A DNA stretch of 64,000 bases from positions 145,638,001 to 145,702,000 of the forward strand of contig OZ038378.1 of the NCBI GenBank assembly GCA_964036045.1, read 5' to 3'. The notes under the pieces were generated by a model, which worked only from the letters and a program-made list of their open reading frames with translations, was not told where the DNA came from and made no database searches. Positions 61,197 through 64,000 of this stretch are shown piece after piece. Every line of letters begins with the position of its first letter. Position 1 is the stretch's first letter. The translations under genes were made by a program, and so were the position numbers. This DNA comes from Eutreptiella sp. 'Long Island Sound 2002' (lineage: Eukaryota; Protista; Euglenida).

Positions 61197-62032
61197 GCCG
61201 TGCCTCAGCCGTTGGTGGTGTGTTTGGGTTCGACGCTCTGGGGCGCAGTGCGGGGCTGGGCCGCACGCTCGCAAGCTCCCTGACCAGAAGCCCCGTGCAC
61301 TGCAGGCCTTGGGTCGTGCACTGGACTGCCTATGCGCCCGGTGCTGCTCCGCCTGCCCCTGACCACTGTGTGCCCGGGAGGGGGGGGGCCCGGGGGGGGA
61401 TAAGGGCATTCCATGGCACAACCCCCCTTTGTGCTGCACAGCGCCCAGGGGGAGAACACGGTTGATCTCTGATCGGGATGCCCCAGGAGGGCCGGGGGAT
61501 TCTTCCAGAACCCCTGGGGCCTGCCCTCAGGGGCCGAGGGGCTGGGGGGAGGGAGGGTCCAAGTTGCCTTGCCCTCGCCTGACTGTGCGGCACCATCCCC
61601 CCCCCCCCCGATCACACCCCCGCACAGCGAAACCCCCCCCTAACCCCCCCCCCCCCCAAAATGCTTTAAATTGTGGTCCGGAAACGGTGGAGGGGGTTCA
61701 TCATGTTCTCCGATTTCCGAGACCCCCCCCCCCCCCGCACCTCCCCCAAGTTTGCCCTCTGCACGTTCTGCCTTTCCTTTTCCCCCGAGGCGGATGGGGA
61801 AGGGCCCCAGGGAAGCCCCGACTTGCTGCATCCAAAGGCCTCTGCCCTGCCCGAGAAAGGACTGACTGAGGCCTGAGCGGACACCCGGAACAATGGCTGG
61901 TCCACAGCGGCCGCGAATGTGGCGCTGCGGGGCCATCACGGAGGACATCGCCCAATGCGGCGTCTCGAGTTCTTGGGCCTGGAACCCCCGGCAGGACCAC
62001 AAGTGGCAGCTCAGGACAGGGAGACCCAAGAC

Positions 62033-62373
62033 CAGAGATGTATTAGAAGGGCTGTGCACCGTAGTAGGAGGGGGGGTACCTCCCCTGACCCCCCCTACCT
62101 CCCTCCCCTTGGACCCCCTCCCCCCATCCCTCCTCCTCTTGTAATGTTTGAGGCTGGCAGCCAAAATTTTGCTTCGGCGCCGAAGATTTACGCTTCAAAA
62201 TTTTTCGGCCCCCCTTCGGCGGGGACCATAGGGGGACCCTGGGAGGAGGGAGGGTCCGGCTGAACCCCCCCCCCCCTCCCTCCCTCCCCCCTTCAGACCC
62301 CCCCCCCCTTCTAATAGTTTGCATTTGTTTGCCTTTTAATTAGGTCACACCCCCCCCTTCTAATACTTCCCTG
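62033..62373. mobile_element. MITE family A copy, hAT-like ends
   Basis: CAGAGATGTATTAGAAGG / CCTTCTAATACTTCCCTG; flanks cccaagac / ccggagac (6/8). Confidence 0.75.
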
Positions 62374-63833
62374 CCGGAGACCGATCCCTGCCGGAGACCG
62401 ATCCTGTGCAAGATCCCTATCAATATCGATGGGCAGTTCGGGTCGAACCGGCAGCAATTCAGTGGCCACGGTCGGCAGTTGGCGGCCCCTCCTCTCTGCT
62501 GAGGTTTCTCTGACTGGCTTCCAGGCTGACCATGCCCTGAAGCTGGAGTGGCCACGGTTGATTGGCTGGGGGTGGTCAACCCCCCGTGGGCAGCGGTGCC
62601 GTCCGGTTGTGGGTTCTCACGGAGGAGCGTTCATGTCCGCCTCAAGTGCGCCACGATCCAAACCCCCAGAGGAACTCCTTCCACCGGCCCCTCACATGCA
62701 CTTGACCTTTGGACACCCCAAGCGCTCCTGCGGCGCCAGTTTGCTCCCCTGGTCCATTTTCATCGGAGATTCTCAAAACAGGACAGGCCAAAGTCCCACT
62801 GACCCCGTCCACTGAGCACCAAGTGTCTGGGACTCCACCGGACCATCGCGGCGGTCCGCTCCGCTTGAGTGACAGCGGGTGGTCATGGCAGGCCCTTACG
62901 GGCAGCCTTCCTCCCCAAGTGCTGGTCCCTCAATCCCGCTGTGTTTCACAGAGATACCCACCGTAAGGGCCTGGTGGGCCGGGCAAATCCTCCTCAACTC
63001 TGCAGTCAACCTCAGCAGGGGCCTAGACCTGAAAAAGCTCCCTCGCTAATAGCAGCTTCGTTGCAGTCGCCCCAGCCCTGACCATAATTGACCTCTACCC
63101 TCAATTACTGCGCCTCCATTCACAAGCGTTGCCAAGACGGTGAGAGGGTGGCTCACTGCCCCTAACCCTGCGACCAGCCTCTGCACACCAGCGGTTTGGA
63201 CCTTAAAGGCGTTGGTCTGGTCGGTGGTAAACTTTGGCGGGAAAAATTCTATTGCCTATCGGCAAGACACCTCGAAGAGGGAGGGAGCACAGTCGGTCAA
63301 TCAATCAGCTAGTCACGAAGTCATTCAGAAGCCACCCATCCCCCCTCCAACACCCAAACAGGGTGAAAAACACATATAGAGGGGCCTTTACGTAGGATAT
63401 TTGATCCTTGTGGATGGTCAGAATGTAAAAAAACAATCAGTTTCGGGGCTGGCGTGAGTGACGGACTGACAATTGTCTTTCTGCGATGTTGTGTGCATGC
63501 ATGTCCTCTTTTGTGCCCTTGTCCTTGTGCCACTGTTGCTATCTGATTTGTAGTCTGTTATTTTGATCATTCGTTTGCTGTTTATCCCAAGGCATGATAG
63601 TTGATGTCCAACCTCCAACCCCTTGTAAAATCATTATTTTGCCCACTGAGACGATCCCTGGATGGATTTTCTGAGTCTGAGGCCTCTATCCCCTGAAACT
63701 GGATATCACTGTTTTGGAGGGGTGGGGGGTTGGGGTGGCGGTGGGGGTGGGGGGTCAAAAGTTTGTGCTCAGAAGGGTTTGAACGAGGGTCAGATTGGGT
63801 AGAGCTGACAGGTTGGCCGGCACTGCTGGCAGT

Positions 63834-63915
63834 TGGCCGACCGGGAATTGAACCGCCGACCTACACGACCTACACGCCTGTGGTCAGCTGCATTACCATT
63901 GACCGCTGCTTGTTC
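63834..63915 (-). other. tRNA-like (A/B-box) sequence, possible SINE head
   Basis: Minus strand GCGGTCAATGGTAA...GGCGGTTCAATTCCCGGTCGGCCA; the T-stem pairs poorly and GTGTAGGTC is duplicated, so not a functional tRNA. Confidence 0.4.
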
Positions 63916-64000
63916 TGACAGGCCTGTTCTGTCAGTGGAGTTTGCGTCGCAGTGCCTGTGCAGTGATGAAAACGGGGGCTTTGGCAACGTCCTGCAACCG

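Overview
Eukaryotic, intron- and repeat-rich genomic DNA, most likely from a euglenid: a near-perfect euglenid spliced-leader (SL) sequence occurs at 53611-53635, and telomere-like repeats are CCCTAA. Three genes are supported. (1) A minus-strand Dicer-like gene: five phase-consistent GT-AG exons between 14170 and 2856 encode Hel2i, Hel2 and a probable DUF283 domain with degenerate helicase motifs. (2) A plus-strand multi-exon gene with a clear PX domain (22317-25830) and tentative downstream exons to about 50.9 kb. (3) An intronless 352-aa coiled-coil plus HECTD1-like beta-sandwich ORF (59478-60536). The rest is mostly non-autonomous elements: hAT-type MITEs with 8-bp TSDs, a TA-flanked Tc1/mariner-type MITE, a 2.8-kb foldback element with a cloverleaf palindrome and higher-order repeat array, a trimer of 1.16-kb Helentron/DINE-1-like units, LINE fragments (APE, RNase H), microsatellites, and a short (GT)n-tailed retroposon family, one copy of which carries the SL. 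Exon calls are manual; most ORF-track entries are artefacts. Family assignments rest on motif recognition, with no searches run.
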